A stretch of 64,000 nucleotides of DNA from a virus: IMG/VR virus record IMGVR_UViG_3300045988_081423. One strand, given 5' to 3'. The notes below the pieces were generated by a model. That model searched no databases and was not told where the DNA came from. It saw only the letters and a list, made by a program, of their open reading frames with translations. The stretch's first letter is position 1. Each line of letters starts with the position of its first letter. This document shows, piece by piece, positions 56,001-64,000 of this stretch. The translations under genes were made by a program, and so were the position numbers.

Positions 56001-57549
56001 CAGCAACGACACCACTTGCATGAGCACCGATACTTGTACAAACGCCCTGCGCTAAATCTACATACTTGAAAAGTTCAGCATATTTTTTACGCCAAGACTC
56101 ATCAATAACCTCTTTTTTGTTTTCTCCTTCTGATACCAAACAAATAGCGTTGCAAATTTCATTTACGGTATCAAGGGAAATTTCAAGCCCGCGTCCAAAG
56201 TCTCGAATAGCACCTCTTAGGCCAAGCGTGTTAAAGGTAATAATTTCGGTAGTTTGCATATTAGAGAAATCCATTTTGTCGTGAAGCATCCAATATTTAG
56301 TTTTATCTCTATCTTCGTTACCCCAATCCAAATCCACATCTGCCAAACTATATTTATCTTTGTTCATGAAACGCCAGAAAGCAAAGTTATGCTTCATAGG
56401 ATTGACTTCCGTAACATGAAGGATATATAGAGCAAGACTAGAGGCGGCAGAGCCACGAGCAGGGCCGCACCAAATATCATGATTGTGACACCACGTCGCA
56501 ATGTACTCCTGCAAAAGAATATAGTCTACTGCATCAACTGCAATAAACGTTTCCATCTCTTCGTTAAGACGGTCAACTACCTGTTCACGGGCAAAGCCAT
56601 CCTCCATCGCATATCTAATAGAAGTTTCATTGAATAGTTTTGAACGCAAAAGTTCGGTAGAATTTGGAAAGACCTTTGGATACTTAAAAGAGGTATCAAG
56701 AGTGATACTCTCGACCATATCTGCCATTACATTCGTGTTCTGGATTGCTTCAAGATACACGGATTCTGGCAAACAATTTTGTCTCTGATATGCTTTTACG
56801 AGTTCGTCATAGGTCTTGAATGTTAAATCCCATCCAGCTTCATCATCATTAAACTGAACCTTTTTAGATTTTTGCAAAACCTTTCTCGCTTCTGCATGGG
56901 CATCATTCAAAGCATGAGTATCAGTACCGGCAATGAGCGGGATACCATATTTTTGACTTAGCTCATAAAGATAAAGATTATACTCCTTTTGCTTTTCAAC
57001 ATTATGGTGTTGGATTTCTAGGAAGCACCTATCTTTATGTTCTGCTAAAAATTCAATAAAACGATTCTTAATATCTTCGTTTCCCTTACATAAGATTCCA
57101 CCAACACAAGCAGTTGTAATAATAATATTATCGCTTGTGTTAATAAGTTGCTCGAAAGTAATTCTTGGAGAGTAATATCTCTGTTCCTCTCTAAAAGCGA
57201 TACTAGACAGTTTGTTTAACTCTTTTAGACCAGCGAGATTTTTAGCAATTAATACGCAGTGGTAATTGTCACGGACTTTGTGTGGGGTTGGGTTATCTTC
57301 TGTCTCCCACCAAAGCTTCTCAGCTACATAGATTTCAATTCCGTGCAAATACTTCATTCCTGCTGCTTCAATGGCATCCTTTTTCTTTTTCCATAAGAAA
57401 AAGTTACCATGCTCAGAAAAGCACAGAGCGTTCATTCCGCACTCTTTAGCACGAGCAACGTAATCCTGATATTTGGTGACACTATCCATACCAGCGCCGG
57501 ATAGATTAGAGATATCTGTATGACAATGGTAAATCGTATAATTGTTCAA
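53071..57549 (-). CDS. dnaE: DNA polymerase III alpha (DnaE-type, PHP domain) interrupted by an intein
   Basis: PHP motif IYHCHTDISN, FSEHGN, polymerase core. AAAGGAG plus 8 nt then TTG 57549 is preferred over the track ATG 57615, which lies inside the upstream terminator. 1492 aa, or 1073 aa after protein splicing. Confidence 0.8.
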   Translation of the reverse strand: MNNYTIYHCHTDISNLSGAGMDSVTKYQDYVARAKECGMNALCFSEHGNFFLWKKKKDAIEAAGMKYLHGIEIYVAEKLWWETEDNPTPHKVRDNYHCVLIAKNLAGLKELNKLSSIAFREEQRYYSPRITFEQLINTSDNIIITTACVGGILCKGNEDIKNRFIEFLAEHKDRCFLEIQHHNVEKQKEYNLYLYELSQKYGIPLIAGTDTHALNDAHAEARKVLQKSKKVQFNDDEAGWDLTFKTYDELVKAYQRQNCLPESVYLEAIQNTNVMADMVESITLDTSFKYPKVFPNSTELLRSKLFNETSIRYAMEDGFAREQVVDRLNEEMETFIAVDAVDYILLQEYIATWCHNHDIWCGPARGSAASSLALYILHVTEVNPMKHNFAFWRFMNKDKYSLADVDLDWGNEDRDKTKYWMLHDKMDFSNMQTTEIITFNTLGLRGAIRDFGRGLEISLDTVNEICNAICLVSEGENKKEVIDESWRKKYAELFKYVDLAQGVCTSIGAHASGVVAATVDLESEIGTCYLSGDEYPVSVLNMKELDSLNFVKEDVLGLTNVSCINKSCKLANIPKLTAKTVDVNDDKVWESVRDDTSLIFEVNSPYGARTVSQMYSDKVWCKIKKSNPSITKFDLFAYISALIRPCGKEVYPKAVQGEGYVSGVKDIDDLLASEMGYPIMQESQMSFVQKFCGYTFLQSDKLRKCIVRGSRILMSDGSLKNIEDVKVGDFVASKEKNLITSKKVTNWFNNGIKDTISINCDCGFKIHCTKDHRILTQRGFIEAKDIKVGDFVFTPKKLKNFNDGIKSNRKPANDILWMLGALIGDGTIFAKEHLSFTNSDPEIIDKFKSAVKQTQKSGTPEFYEFTADGKTVDKIHYIHIYSGKFKDAVWNLILGFDMKHKSQEKEIPLQIQKYSMTEKLANFLAGLFNTDGAYNFTRKAIEYSTISPNLAYQLQAQLYKFGIYSVVASKKVKGYNYLSYTLTIADKVSLGNFQHYIMPFIVGKKKAELQEMIDINDTYRYFLPSSCKKEAVDYCKNIGASSRGLFLELFGRDYDITNGYPINIETAKKLSENLYMPHTYELLTGDFITQRVMSITENGLCEVFDIEVEDTHNFIADGIVCHNCVAKKAGTRDQLPIIRKGFEENAKLRYHLSDAKTDEIMDVFLNCILYATRYSFSSIHSYSYAYISYECAWLRYYYPLEFLSCCLNEWQGNSERTIEATTYATKKKIKILPPKFRHSKAEYFPDKESHSIYKGIGSVKFMNQSCADDLYSLRDNHYNSFVDLLRDIYEKTSVNARQLDILIKLDFFEEFGNAKELLRLVKMYDMFGTAKTLKKEKLANSDVVKAIVERHSIGTTKAGKESKSYTQLDNSAIMNECETLIMSLGIKPMTIKEKAEIQKEYMGYVDIATGKQEDRPKLYILDVKTLKSKASGKTWARQITAQSIGSGKQSNYTITSKNYHEEFQVGDVILCKHLEKQKDYWHITNYEVLVNI
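54181..55437 (-). mobile_element. 419-aa intein with a LAGLIDADG homing endonuclease, in DnaE
   Basis: N-terminal junction ..SDKLRK/CIVRGSRILMSDG. Block B: CTKDHRIL. LAGLIDADG motifs: LWMLGALIGDGTI and LAGLFNTDGAY. C-terminal junction THNFIADGIVCHN/CVAKK. Confidence 0.85.
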
Positions 57550-57573
57550 GTTACCAACTCCTTTCTGATTATT

Positions 57574-57612
57574 ATTATATACAAAAATAGTGCATCTGTC
57601 AAGATGCACTAT
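57574..57612 (-). promoter_or_regulatory. composite terminator/promoter between the primase-helicase gene and dnaE
   Basis: Perfect 11-bp stem ATAGTGCATCT/AGATGCACTAT (57587-57612) followed by TTTTT. The -35 TTGACA is at 57597-57602 spanning the loop, the spacer is 17 nt, and TATAAT is at 57574-57579. Confidence 0.7.
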
Positions 57613-57630
57613 CAATTTATTTGTTAAATT

Positions 57631-59670
57631 TTAGAACGGGAGATTTGGTTCTTGTGTTGATTCTGTTGGAATATCAGGTTCAGAGGCAAACGTGGGAGTA
57701 GGATTAAATTTAAGTTCAGGGATATTAGCAACAATTCTCTTGCTTAAATTATCATCATAATGAATCTTGTTACCAAGTTCACGCTCCCAGCGATAACGCA
57801 TATTAAGCTCTTGCTCATCAGAAAAAATACGCATAGAACAATTGTCATAATACAATTTTAGTTTGCTACCAGCCTTGCCCGATTGACGGTCTTTGACAAC
57901 TGATAGCTGAAAATCATAGCCCTCTGAATCTTCGTTCAGAATCTTACAAGCGATACATCTGTCAGCAATGTTGGCAATTTCCATTGCTCCGGCAACGCTT
58001 TGCAGACCAACTTCCGTTTCTCCTTGGGCAAGTTTGCGAGAGTGAGCAACAAGGGCTACTTCAACAGGATATTTACGAGTAAACATTTTAACCTGTTTGA
58101 TAAAATCTGTCTGTTTTTCCAGTTTAGTATCGCCAGCGCAACCTCTTAAATCAAGACACATCAAGTTGTCAATCACAAAACACGTTGTATTATAACGACG
58201 GTAAGCATAATCCATCTGCTGTAACAAACTCATACTCTCTGTGCTTAGAGAACTGTCGTCTGAACAGTCATCATATACAAATAGATTTTCGTGATAATAT
58301 TGACGGATTAAATCTGTAGCCTGTTTTGATACTGCATAGCCCTTTGGACGGTCTGGGCCGTTATCATATTCGATAATATGACGGTCTCCCGCAAGAGGTC
58401 TAAAAATATTACCCAGCAAGAACTGAGCAGGGATTTCGCCAGAATAAATAAATACGTTTTGATTTTGCTCCAATGGAGCGGCTACACAAATCTGATTTAG
58501 TAGGCTACTTTTGCCATTTCCGGCAAGAGCTGTAATCAAAGTAAGTGTGTTTTCAAAATTGCCGTATAGAACCTTATTTAAAGCTTTAATTCCAAAAGAA
58601 ATGTTTGGCACATTCTGTAGCTGCATCTCTTCGTAATCAAACAGATGTTTAACGCGAGGATTTTCTACCGCTTTAGCATCTGCAATCATTTTTAGAACTG
58701 CACTGCCATCAATAGCAATCATTACATTATTGGCATCTGTTTTACGGATAGGTTTCTCTTGGTTAAATTGCTTGTAATATTCTTCAACAGCTTCCTGTGC
58801 ATAATCAGGAGATTCCACAATATAACAACGATACTCGCCCAGCTTTTGAACAATCTTCTTTGTCCCTTCTTCGCCAGCAGTATCATTATCGAGCCATAGG
58901 ATAATCTTCTTAAATTTCTCAAGAAAGTCGAAGTTATACTTAATCCAGTTTAGGTCTGTTGCGCCTCCCGGAATAGACACTACATTATGATTACCAGATT
59001 GCCAAATAGCCATGGCATCGAGATAACCTTCACAAATCGTAAGAGGCTGAGTAATATCAATATGGTTGATATTAAACAGAGAATAACAAGGGGAACAATC
59101 ACCCTGCCACCAATATTTAGACTCTCCATGCTTTACAGCATGAGCATGACGATATTTAACACCAACAAGACGACCATTAATATCCTTTAGTTTAAATTGA
59201 ACGTCACCCTTTTTAGTCTGTCCAATATCAAAAAACTTAATAGTTTCTTCTGTAAATCCACGTTTCTTTAGATAAGCAGTAGCATTAGAATTGTCTTCAA
59301 CAGAATCATCAACAGGAAATTTATAATTCTCTAGGCTTTCACGCTCATCATAACCAAAACCACGCTTGAAATCAAATTCAATATGGCAACGGTCAAACAG
59401 ACGCTTTAGAGCTTGTGCGTAAGTTTCATCATAGGCATACATATATGCGTTGATGATACTATAATTACCACCATTGCTAAAATCGTGGTAACAAAGGTCT
59501 TTTTTGTTCCAAATAAAACTAGGGTTAGAATCGCTTGAAAATGGAGAAGAACCCGTTAGCTTCTCTTCATCAAAATTACGAAGATTCATTAGCTTCGCAA
59601 TCTCGATAGCCTGTTCTTCGTTTCCAAGCATCTGTTCTGCTTCTTTAATCTTATCTAGTAAATCTGCCAT
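57631..59670 (-). CDS. primase-helicase (TOPRIM plus DnaB/gp4-like helicase)
   Basis: TOPRIM: ICEGYLDAMAI ... ILWLDNDTAGEEG. Walker A ALAGNGKSS and Walker B FVIDNLMCLD. 679 aa. Confidence 0.8.
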   Translation of the reverse strand: MADLLDKIKEAEQMLGNEEQAIEIAKLMNLRNFDEEKLTGSSPFSSDSNPSFIWNKKDLCYHDFSNGGNYSIINAYMYAYDETYAQALKRLFDRCHIEFDFKRGFGYDERESLENYKFPVDDSVEDNSNATAYLKKRGFTEETIKFFDIGQTKKGDVQFKLKDINGRLVGVKYRHAHAVKHGESKYWWQGDCSPCYSLFNINHIDITQPLTICEGYLDAMAIWQSGNHNVVSIPGGATDLNWIKYNFDFLEKFKKIILWLDNDTAGEEGTKKIVQKLGEYRCYIVESPDYAQEAVEEYYKQFNQEKPIRKTDANNVMIAIDGSAVLKMIADAKAVENPRVKHLFDYEEMQLQNVPNISFGIKALNKVLYGNFENTLTLITALAGNGKSSLLNQICVAAPLEQNQNVFIYSGEIPAQFLLGNIFRPLAGDRHIIEYDNGPDRPKGYAVSKQATDLIRQYYHENLFVYDDCSDDSSLSTESMSLLQQMDYAYRRYNTTCFVIDNLMCLDLRGCAGDTKLEKQTDFIKQVKMFTRKYPVEVALVAHSRKLAQGETEVGLQSVAGAMEIANIADRCIACKILNEDSEGYDFQLSVVKDRQSGKAGSKLKLYYDNCSMRIFSDEQELNMRYRWERELGNKIHYDDNLSKRIVANIPELKFNPTPTFASEPDIPTESTQEPNLPF

Positions 59671-59685
59671 GTTAAACCCTTTCTT

Positions 59686-60600
59686 TTATTGGTGATTTAC
59701 ACAGAGTCCACAGCTATCTTTGTAACCACAAAGATTTCTTCCATAAAAGTCATTCTTGTAGTCCAAAAGCTCTGAATACTTCTTGTGTCCATCACCAAAC
59801 CGTAATTTCTTCGTGTCTGTATTATAGCACGGGTTTTCAATTTTTACAATAGGGTCTTCAAGTTCTACACAAAAATCATTTGTCTCTTCGACCTTGAAAT
59901 TATCCCAGTTTACAGAAAGGATGGCATCAATGGTACGTTTCGCCCAGTCCATAGCCATGCGATATTCTTTCTTGTCAAAAGGAATAACTACCAATTCACC
60001 CTTGCGGAACATATTGAAATAAAGGGTTTTAGGCCATTCACCATACTTCTCATGAACTGCATAAGCATATAGATATAACTGTTTTGCATAATCTGCGAGT
60101 TCTTCTTTTGACTTAAATTTAGACTTAGATTTATGGTCAATAATAATTAATCTACCACTCTTTTTACTTCTAGCAATAAGGTCAACTTTGCCATTAAACA
60201 GAGCGTAATCAGTAATAGGAATTTCAAACTCATATTCCGATTCAAGAATCTCCCAATTTGAATATCCTTCAAAATTGGTGAAATAATTCTCGCCATCTGC
60301 GTAATAGTAAGGATATAAGTCTTTTGAAAATGTATCAGACATCTTTACGACAAAGCTAGACGGGACTTCTGTTTGAAAGTTATCCTGATAATAGGATAAC
60401 ATCTCCCAAATTTCAAGCTGACCTTTCTCATACATTTCAAGAATCTTATGGCAGAATGTGCCAAACTCACTTAAACCACTTTTATCATTTTTCTTTTCAT
60501 GCAAAACGTAGTTTTTATAATAACAAATTGGACACTCACCAAAATTCTTTAGTTTAGAAAATGAGAAAGTTGGTAGTTTCTTCTGCTTCTCTTCTTCCAT
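59686..60600 (-). CDS. PD-(D/E)xK nuclease, Cas4/RecB-like, with a Cys cluster
   Basis: N-terminal Cys pair ECPICY, GKVDLIA...IIDHKSKSK (D...D/ExK), QLYLYAYA (QxxxY), and C-terminal CGYKDSCGLC. Confidence 0.7.
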   Translation of the reverse strand: MEEEKQKKLPTFSFSKLKNFGECPICYYKNYVLHEKKNDKSGLSEFGTFCHKILEMYEKGQLEIWEMLSYYQDNFQTEVPSSFVVKMSDTFSKDLYPYYYADGENYFTNFEGYSNWEILESEYEFEIPITDYALFNGKVDLIARSKKSGRLIIIDHKSKSKFKSKEELADYAKQLYLYAYAVHEKYGEWPKTLYFNMFRKGELVVIPFDKKEYRMAMDWAKRTIDAILSVNWDNFKVEETNDFCVELEDPIVKIENPCYNTDTKKLRFGDGHKKYSELLDYKNDFYGRNLCGYKDSCGLCVNHQ

Positions 60601-60619
60601 ACTTTCCCTCCTTTAATAT

Positions 60620-60650
60620 AAAATAGCCACCACCTTTCGGTGGTGGCTAA
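60620..60650 (-). terminator. rho-independent terminator after ssb
   Basis: TAGCCACCACC / GGTGGTGGCTA forms an 11-bp stem with a 4-nt loop. On the minus strand it is followed by TTTTATATT. Confidence 0.75.
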
Positions 60651-60680
60651 AACCATCAATTATTTTTAGTTAAATTTTAC

Positions 60681-61088
60681 TTAGAAAGGAAGGTCATCAG
60701 AGCCAGAAGTAGCGTTATCAGCGGGAGCGGATTCTGTCTTCTTTGCATGAGTATCGGATTCACCCTTTGCGCCACCATTAGAGACAGGGCAGAAACCCCA
60801 ACGGTCTACAATATGACTCTCACGAGTAATCTTTGTATCCTTTCCATCACCTTCGGTAGTACGGGTGTCAAAATGACCAGTAACTTCAATACCAGACCCC
60901 TTCTTGAAATACTTGCAAATAGCCTCGGCAGTCTTACCAAAAGCAGTGAAAGTGGGGAAAATAGGACGACGTTCACCATCCTTCACAGGAACGTCCTGTG
61001 CCAGACTAAAAAATACATACTTATTACCGTTAGAGTCCTTTAGTTCAGGGTCACGAGTAAAACGACCAGAATAAACAAACATATTCAT
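60681..61088 (-). CDS. ssb: single-stranded DNA-binding protein
   Basis: OB-fold N-terminus, MNMFVYSGRFTRDPELK, and the acidic C-terminal tip SGSDDLPF. Confidence 0.85.
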   Translation of the reverse strand: MNMFVYSGRFTRDPELKDSNGNKYVFFSLAQDVPVKDGERRPIFPTFTAFGKTAEAICKYFKKGSGIEVTGHFDTRTTEGDGKDTKITRESHIVDRWGFCPVSNGGAKGESDTHAKKTESAPADNATSGSDDLPF

Positions 61089-61118
61089 AAATTAAGTCTC
61101 CTTTATAATGTTAAATAT

Positions 61119-61147
61119 ATTATATATTAAAACTTGACTTATGTCAA
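61119..61147 (-). promoter_or_regulatory. sigma-70 promoter (TTGACA, 17 nt, TATAAT) upstream of ssb
   Basis: The -35 box is at 61142-61147, inside the small hairpin CTTGAC/GTCAAG and overlapping the upstream stop. The -10 box is at 61119-61124. Confidence 0.65.
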
Positions 61148-61893
61148 GCATTGTCCTTCTTTTCAGAAGATGCTTCGTTCTTGGCAACAAGGTCAACAAG
61201 AATCTTCTTTGCCACATCAATATCACTAATAGAATTGTAGTTTGCGCTACCATGATACTTAGTAATGATAGCCATCAGTTCAGGCTTAGTAATCTTTTTA
61301 TCCGAAACAAGGCTCTTTGCCAAACCATCAATCTGGATAATAGTTGCCTTTAGTTCATTCTGAACAACAGGGTCAATAGGAATTTCTTCTGGCAGGTCTT
61401 CGCCAGCATACACAAATAGACCAATACCAAACATAGCCAGATTCTTAACGAGACAACGCATAATAGCCTTGTTAATATCAAACATAGTAGCAACTTCTAC
61501 GGTCTTCATTTCCGTGCCAGTCTTTTCCTTGCGACGAGTCTGAGGATTATACTCATATTTTGCAACTTCATACTGATACGGCTCATCACGCATGGCCTTG
61601 TTAGCTCCGTCCATAACAGGAAGCCACATATCATGAGTAACGCCCTTCATGGTCACACTAGTATAAACTATATAACCAGTCTTTGGGTCAAAAGTATAAG
61701 GAAGCTGAGCCTCACCAAACTTCTTTACCTCATAAGACCAATCAGGACATACCTTTGAAACTTCTGCAACTGCCCAAGGCCAAGATAGATACGACAGCCC
61801 GTTCTTCTTCTCAATATGGCTACTTGCATCAAGATAATATAGCGTATTGAAAATATCACCAACTGTATTAGGAGTCTTCTTTTCTTCTGCCAT
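61144..61893 (-). CDS. single-strand annealing protein, DUF1071/Sak3-like
   Basis: GLSYLSWPWAVAEVSKVCPDWSY matches the characteristic DUF1071 (Sak3) N-terminal motif. It sits next to ssb and a nuclease. Confidence 0.6.
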   Translation of the reverse strand: MAEEKKTPNTVGDIFNTLYYLDASSHIEKKNGLSYLSWPWAVAEVSKVCPDWSYEVKKFGEAQLPYTFDPKTGYIVYTSVTMKGVTHDMWLPVMDGANKAMRDEPYQYEVAKYEYNPQTRRKEKTGTEMKTVEVATMFDINKAIMRCLVKNLAMFGIGLFVYAGEDLPEEIPIDPVVQNELKATIIQIDGLAKSLVSDKKITKPELMAIITKYHGSANYNSISDIDVAKKILVDLVAKNEASSEKKDNA

Positions 61894-61914
61894 TATATAA
61901 TTCTCCTTGTTAAA

Positions 61915-62133
61915 TTAGTTGTTATTGTTCTTAACAAAATTCTCACGACGCTTCTTGCAATTAGCGCAATGACAAGGGAATGTACCATGAGCATTAAACC
62001 ATTCTGCCATCTTTGCTTCCTTTACAGGGAATACGCCACCACAATCAACACAGGTATAGTACAGAATCTTTTCGGGCTTATGCTTTACCTTGTCTTCTAC
62101 AGGTTCAATCATATTGATGTGTCTTTCTTCCAT
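61915..62133 (-). CDS. small Zn-ribbon protein
   Basis: CVDCGG ... CHCANC. 72 aa. Confidence 0.45.
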   Translation of the reverse strand: MEERHINMIEPVEDKVKHKPEKILYYTCVDCGGVFPVKEAKMAEWFNAHGTFPCHCANCKKRRENFVKNNNN

Positions 62134-62148
62134 TTTTATTCTCCTTTA

Positions 62149-62517
62149 TTAGTTATTGTGGAAATGTTCTTCAACAAAATAGTCGTAAGCACACTTCATA
62201 TCTTCAATCTTGCCACACATATCATCTGCGATGCGCTCTTCCTTATCGGCAATATCCATCAGGTTCTTGGCGATTGCACGAAGATTCTTTGCCATAGTCA
62301 TGTGCTGACCGATACGGTCATCGGTAGAAAGAATATCAAACTTCTTCTTTGCAAGAGTCTTGCCAAATTCTGCATCATACTCGTCATTATCACGAGGACG
62401 AACGTGACAAGTAATGCGCTTACCCGGAATTTCAAACTCTCCAATCTTCGTGTGAACAGTCAGACGCTCAGTAGAGCCATCAGCAACCGTAGTCGTGTTA
62501 AAAATCTTCGTAATCAT
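62149..62517 (-). CDS. hypothetical protein
   Basis: TAAGGAGAAAC RBS, 122 aa. Confidence 0.45.
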   Translation of the reverse strand: MITKIFNTTTVADGSTERLTVHTKIGEFEIPGKRITCHVRPRDNDEYDAEFGKTLAKKKFDILSTDDRIGQHMTMAKNLRAIAKNLMDIADKEERIADDMCGKIEDMKCAYDYFVEEHFHNN

Positions 62518-62589
62518 TTTGTTTCTCCTTAATTTTCTTGTAAATAAAAGTCGTTTTTTAAAACCAGTCGGGATTGGTTTCTATATAAT

Positions 62590-62617
62590 ATTATACTCAG
62601 AAAAAATCATTTGTCAA
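62590..62617 (-). promoter_or_regulatory. sigma-70 promoter (TTGACA, 16 nt, TATAAT)
   Basis: The -35 box at 62612-62617 overlaps the upstream stop. The -10 box is at 62590-62595. Confidence 0.65.
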
Positions 62618-62898
62618 GAGTTATTTGGAATTATTTTTGATAAATTCTCCGGCTCTAAAAAATTGTATGCTGTATATCTACATAAACATAATTTCTGCTT
62701 CTCAGAAACATACCCATGAGCGTCATAATATGACACAATATTTCTGCATAACTTCCGATAATCTGTTTCTGGCTTATTCTTAGAATTAATCATGTCATTA
62801 ATTTGATATACGGTAAACTCCTTGTATAGCCTATCAATAACTTCTTGTCTTGGTAGACGCACAGGTTTCTGCACATCAAATAACATCCTCAAACCCAT
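62614..62898 (-). CDS. hypothetical protein
   Basis: 94 aa with no recognisable motif. Confidence 0.4.
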   Translation of the reverse strand: MGLRMLFDVQKPVRLPRQEVIDRLYKEFTVYQINDMINSKNKPETDYRKLCRNIVSYYDAHGYVSEKQKLCLCRYTAYNFLEPENLSKIIPNNS

Positions 62899-62910
62899 GC
62901 GGCACCACCA

Positions 62911-63246
62911 TTACTTTCTGGTTTTATGGTCGTTCATGCAACGAATAAGAAAGTCGTATACATCAGACCAGTTGTTCAACTCCGGGCTAGAACCATCTGC
63001 AAACTGAATATCGCCAAATTTATAATCACGAAGATAATTGCGCTCATAACAAAGATATCCAAGCCAGTCGTCATCTAGGTCATTAAACTGTTCCTGAATA
63101 ACATACATGAGTGCGCTCTCAAGACCGCTACTCATAATAGACGAATCATCGTCATAATCACGGAGCACCTTATTGATGGCTGTCTCAAAATCATCGTGTT
63201 TTGTGATTTCTTTCATAGCTTTTACAAAAGTTTTCTTACTAATCAT
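62911..63246 (-). CDS. hypothetical acidic protein
   Basis: 111 aa. Its ATG overlaps the TAA of a 27-codon upstream micro-ORF. Confidence 0.45.
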   Translation of the reverse strand: MISKKTFVKAMKEITKHDDFETAINKVLRDYDDDSSIMSSGLESALMYVIQEQFNDLDDDWLGYLCYERNYLRDYKFGDIQFADGSSPELNNWSDVYDFLIRCMNDHKTRK

Positions 63247-63430
63247 TACCGTTCACCCCAATCATCCTTTTCGTCAAATAAGCAATATAGTACAGCTGAA
63301 AGTATAAAGACACCGACAAGAAACTCCACAAGTTCACCTCTTTCCAAAAATAATATCCATTACAATAATTGCCACAAAACACATAAATAAACAATACATA
63401 TAAACTCTCCTTATTGTTTTATCTATAAGT

Positions 63431-63459
63431 ATTATAGCACATCATGCAGTTAATGTCAA
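63431..63459 (-). promoter_or_regulatory. consensus sigma-70 promoter (TTGACA, 17 nt, TATAAT)
   Basis: The -35 box is at 63454-63459 and the -10 box at 63431-63436. It shares the TATAATACTTATAGA context with the promoter at 53022. Confidence 0.7.
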
Positions 63460-63463
63460 CATC

Positions 63464-64000
63464 TTATCCCAACATTCTTTCAATTTCACAAATTTCATTT
63501 TCTATGCTCTTAATCCTCATTTCATAATAATTTCTCTTTTTACTATCACATTTTTCACTAACCTTAATTAGATGTTCAAGTTCACAGCTTCTATTTTCCA
63601 GTTCTTCGAGCAAGAAATTATTATATTCTTCTTGTTCAAATAAATTTTTATACTTCTTATATAAAATATAAATCTCTTGGCTTGGTCTACAATATGTTTT
63701 TCTCTTGCTACTATTTCCCTCTCCGCATCCATACATACATAGTGCTCTCTCTATATTACCCTCACTCTTTTCTAAATAATACCTCAACATTTTTACTCCA
63801 CATCTAATATTAGTCTTTTCATTATACAGTTCATCTTTACTCACACCTAAAAATTTAAGCACATCCTTACTTGTACTTATCTGCATCAGTCCCCTATACT
63901 TCTCTCCCACGTCTCCCTGAAATCTACTCTCATGCTCTATCACAGCCACAACCAATGCTTTCATGTTTATGTCATACTCATCTACCAGTCCCTTATTATT
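63464..64000 (-). CDS. SLT-domain lytic transglycosylase-like protein (frame open to the window edge)
   Basis: VIEHESRFQGDVGEKYRGLMQIS is the E-S ... GLMQ SLT motif. There is no in-frame stop between 63964 and 64000, so the N-terminus may lie outside the window. Confidence 0.6.
   Translation of the reverse strand, partial: NNKGLVDEYDINMKALVVAVIEHESRFQGDVGEKYRGLMQISTSKDVLKFLGVSKDELYNEKTNIRCGVKMLRYYLEKSEGNIERALCMYGCGEGNSSKRKTYCRPSQEIYILYKKYKNLFEQEEYNNFLLEELENRSCELEHLIKVSEKCDSKKRNYYEMRIKSIENEICEIERMLG

Noticed and set aside
57550-57615. The track start ATG 57615 for DnaE.
   Set aside because: That ATG lies inside the perfect terminator/promoter hairpin of the upstream gene. TTG 57549 has an AAAGGAG RBS and sits just before the PHP motif.
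61969-62532. A 187-aa plus-strand ORF.
   Set aside because: It is antisense to two well-formed minus-strand genes that have RBSs and a promoter. It has no RBS of its own.
1-64000. CRISPR arrays, tRNA or rRNA genes, a reverse transcriptase or DGR near the fibres, and toxin-antitoxin pairs.
   Set aside because: No regularly spaced direct repeats, T-loop/cloverleaf candidates or YxDD-type ORFs were seen by eye. A proper tRNAscan or repeat search could still find small features I missed.

Overview
This is an AT-rich (roughly one-third GC by eye) segment of a tailed phage with siphovirus-type organisation and strong AGGAGG-type ribosome-binding sites (RBS), consistent with a low-GC Firmicutes host. 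All functions were called from motifs read by eye; no searches were run.

Layout:
- Plus strand, about 7.3-45.9 kb, late module: metallophosphoesterase, Zn-ribbon protein, large terminase, portal, protease/scaffold-like protein, decoration-like protein, major capsid, neck proteins, tail tube, fibre, holin-like protein, a recombinase islet, tape measure (TMP), Dit, Tal, baseplate/fibre proteins and a GH25 endolysin.
- Minus strand, 45.9-64 kb, early/replication module: dUTPase, a SpoT-type HD hydrolase, RtcB, a dNMP-kinase-like protein, DnaE-type polymerase, primase-helicase, a Cas4-like nuclease, SSB, a Sak3/DUF1071-like annealing protein and an SLT-domain protein. It is driven by several near-consensus sigma-70 promoters.
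- Left 7 kb, accessory arm: agr-type peptide-signalling genes (AgrB plus a 43-aa cysteine-less AgrD-like ORF absent from the ORF track), an apparently intact IscB nuclease with a structured upstream omega-RNA-like leader, and a fibre cassette whose 3' part is a GC-rich mosaic.

Three essential genes are interrupted by self-splicing elements:
- terL carries an ORF-less 260-nt group I intron.
- The tape-measure gene carries a 1383-nt group I intron encoding a SANT/Myb-repeat HNH endonuclease.
- DnaE carries a 419-aa LAGLIDADG intein.

I recognised no tRNA, rRNA or CRISPR array. Many small ORFs remain hypothetical.
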